A DNA stretch of 64,000 bases from Acidobacteriota bacterium (GTDB taxonomy: Bacteria > Acidobacteriota > Vicinamibacteria > Vicinamibacterales > UBA2999): contig VFZN01000016.1 in NCBI GenBank assembly GCA_016871195.1, positions 1,115 to 65,114 of the forward strand. Reading direction: 5' to 3'. Under the pieces are notes generated by a model. It was not told the DNA's origin. It saw nothing but the letters and a program-made list of their open reading frames with translations, and ran no database searches. Below, piece by piece: positions 62,185 through 64,000 of this stretch (position 1 is the stretch's first letter; the number at the start of each line of letters is the position of its first letter). Made by a program: the position numbers and the translations under genes.

Positions 62185-63205
62185 GCCTCGACCGATACCA
62201 GTCCATCGCCGCGGCGATGCCCTCGGCAACTCGGTGCGTCGGGGCATACCCGAGCAACCGACGTGCCTTGCCGATATCGGCCTGCGAATGACGCACGTCT
62301 CCGGCGCGGAATTCGCGATAGGCGGGTAGACGTCCAGTCAGGGTCGGACGGTGCGGCACCAGCGCATCGCGAATGGCCGCGTAGAGATCGGTGAGCGTCG
62401 TACGGTCACCGAGTGCGATGTTGTAGACTTGGTTGATGGCGGCCGGGTCCTCGGTGGTGGCGGCCAGCAGGTTCGCCTGCACGACGTTGGCCACATAACA
62501 GAAGTCGCGGCTGGTCTCGCCGTCGCCATTCACCCACACCGTGTCACCGCGCAGCAGCGCCGCCGTCCACGCGGGAATCACCGCGGCGTAGGCACCCTGC
62601 GGATCCTGCCGGGGGCCGAAGACGTTGAAATAGCGCAGCCCGATGGCGCGTGTGCCATACGTACGGGCAAAGACTTCGGCATACAGTTCGTCGACCAGCT
62701 TGGTCAGCGCGTAGGGCGACATCGGACGACCGATGGCGTCTTCGACCTTGGGCAGCCCCGGGTGGTCGCCATAGGTGGAACTCGACGCCGCATACACCAC
62801 CTGCCGTACCCCGGCGTCGCGCGCTGCGACCAGCAGATGCAGAAAGCCGGTGATGTTCGACGCGTGGGTCGCCACGGGATCTTCGATGGACCTGGGCACA
62901 CTGCCTAGGGCCGCCTGATGCAGCACATAGTCGACCCCCGCGACGGCCACACGGCAGTCGTCCAGCGCGCAGACGTCGCCGTGCCGCATCGTGAAGCGGG
63001 CCCACTGGGCTGGCGTCACCTGGGCGCACACTTCGTCAAGATTCCGCTGATGGCCCGTGGAAAAATTATCGAGGCCCACCACCCGCTGGTCGAGGCGCAG
63101 CAGGGTTTCCAGCAGATGGCTGCCGATAAAGCCGGCGACCCCGGTCACCAGCCACGTGCGTGGCGCCCCGGGCAGGGCGCGGGTCAGGTCGTCGTAAGCA
63201 CTCAT
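62162..63205 (-). CDS. NAD-dependent sugar-nucleotide epimerase (WbpP/TviC-like SDR)
   Basis: Shows [33 protein letters not shown] and the catalytic YxxxK in SPYALTKLV. Confidence 0.85.
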   Translation of the reverse strand: MSAYDDLTRALPGAPRTWLVTGVAGFIGSHLLETLLRLDQRVVGLDNFSTGHQRNLDEVCAQVTPAQWARFTMRHGDVCALDDCRVAVAGVDYVLHQAALGSVPRSIEDPVATHASNITGFLHLLVAARDAGVRQVVYAASSSTYGDHPGLPKVEDAIGRPMSPYALTKLVDELYAEVFARTYGTRAIGLRYFNVFGPRQDPQGAYAAVIPAWTAALLRGDTVWVNGDGETSRDFCYVANVVQANLLAATTEDPAAINQVYNIALGDRTTLTDLYAAIRDALVPHRPTLTGRLPAYREFRAGDVRHSQADIGKARRLLGYAPTHRVAEGIAAAMDWYRSRLSGVASA

Positions 63206-63259
63206 AGGGGGCTTTCAGCGTAACATCGCCGCCCGTCTGGGGCATTTCGTCGCAGGCGG

Positions 63260-63288
63260 CTGACACGCGGCAGGGGTGATCGTAGACT
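63260..63288 (+). promoter_or_regulatory. Sigma70-like promoter cTGACA-17 nt-TAGACT, -10 ends 7 nt before the copC ATG
   Basis: CTGACA lies at 63260-63265 and TAGACT at 63283-63288. The ATG is at 63296 with no SD, so the geometry is leaderless. Confidence 0.45.
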
Positions 63289-63295
63289 AGCCGCC

Positions 63296-63658
63296 ATGAT
63301 GCATCGCCTCGCTGCCGTCACCGTCGCCGTTGCCCTCGCCGGCACGGTCGTGTTCGCCCATCTCGCGGTTCGGAAGAGCCTGCCCGAAAAAGGAGCCTCG
63401 CTGACCTCGAGCCCTTCGTCGATGCAGGTGTGGTTCACGCAGGAACCCGAAATGGAAAAGAGCGGCCTGACCCTGACCGGACCGCAGGGCGCCGTCGCGC
63501 TGGGACCGGTCAAGACCGGCCCCGAACGGTCGCTGGTCGCCAGTGTCTCGGGAAAGCTAGCCGCCGGGGCCTACACCCTCGAGTGGAAGACCGCCGGCGA
63601 CGATGGGCATGTGCTGACGGGGAAGATTCCGTTCAGCGTGGCGGCGACGGCCAAGTAG
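63296..63658 (+). CDS. copC: CopC-domain periplasmic copper-binding protein
   Basis: The signal peptide ends in VFA|HLAV, so the predicted mature N-terminus is a His. The CopC-like beta-sandwich pattern includes LTLTGPQG and YTLEWKTAGDDGHVLTGKIPFSV. Confidence 0.75.
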   Translation: MMHRLAAVTVAVALAGTVVFAHLAVRKSLPEKGASLTSSPSSMQVWFTQEPEMEKSGLTLTGPQGAVALGPVKTGPERSLVASVSGKLAAGAYTLEWKTAGDDGHVLTGKIPFSVAATAK

Positions 63659-63689
63659 CCGTCACCGCACGACGGGCGGGCACCGCTGA

Positions 63690-64000
63690 TTAGCGGCCGC
63701 CCGCCTTCCGCCCGAGGTCGATAGCCTTGAGCCCGGGCTCGCCCCAGCCCATGACAAACACGCTGAAGCCCTGCGTCATGCGCGTCTCGATATCGTTGGC
63801 ACTGGCAGGGTATCCGCACGCCACCTTGAACTCCTTGCACGCGGCCAGTACCTGCTGGATGGCGGCTTCCCAGCCGGCCTCGTCGAACACGCGCTTGCCG
63901 CTGTCATCGGTCGTCGAGAACACCTGCCGCAGCGTGCCAGCGCCGGGCCACAGCACACCGATGCCGGGCACGGCGGCAATCTCCCGCACCCGCGCGAGAC
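63690..64000 (-). CDS. HpcH/HpaI aldolase-family protein, C-terminal fragment (gene continues past window end)
   Basis: The frame is open to the window edge. It shows REIAAVPGIGVLWPGAGTL and ACKEFKVACGYPA, typical of HpcH/HpaI-type aldolases. Confidence 0.6.
   Translation of the reverse strand, partial: LARVREIAAVPGIGVLWPGAGTLRQVFSTTDDSGKRVFDEAGWEAAIQQVLAACKEFKVACGYPASANDIETRMTQGFSVFVMGWGEPGLKAIDLGRKAGGR

Overview
This is a visibly GC-rich chromosomal segment; third codon positions are almost all G/C. It is densely packed with about 47 protein-coding genes, one tRNA-Ser(GGA) and an SRP (4.5S) RNA. The gene content includes CarboxypepD_reg-type TonB-dependent receptors, a DUF1592/DUF1552 pair and many TPR proteins, which suggests an Acidobacteriota- or Gemmatimonadota-like organism. 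That lineage call is inference only. I found no transposase, integrase, CRISPR array or recognisable defence system.

Ordinary content includes recR, dnaX, ffs, asd, katG, glgB, argG, a cyclophilin, two ABC-F ATPases, yhbY, an S9 peptidase and a rhomboid protease. It also includes a complete homogentisate pathway operon (hppD-hmgA-fahA) beside a divergent LysR regulator.

Findings worth follow-up, most interesting first:
1. Locus 36.9-42.8 kb combines a secreted heme-c-fused, PHM-like copper monooxygenase with two PAL-like NHL propellers, a HupE/UreJ-type metal permease and two unknown secreted proteins. Together these look like a split bacterial counterpart of eukaryotic peptidylglycine alpha-amidating monooxygenase.
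2. A five-gene minus-strand operon (7.4-15.9 kb) is predicted to catabolise polyamines or GABA. It is headed by an in-frame GNAT::class-III aminotransferase fusion that retains an internal SD+ATG.
3. An uncharacterised 297-aa protein leads the homogentisate operon, which lacks a maleylacetoacetate isomerase in this window.
4. A translationally coupled DUF1592-DUF1552-ankyrin operon lies at 42.8-48.0 kb.
5. A repeat-propeller gene is interrupted by a single in-frame TAA inside a low-GC patch.
6. Several regulatory oddities were seen: a perfect 16-bp palindrome, promoters that sit just upstream of start codons, and a short degenerate tandem repeat.

All family assignments come from motif reading by eye. 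They need HMM or BLAST confirmation.
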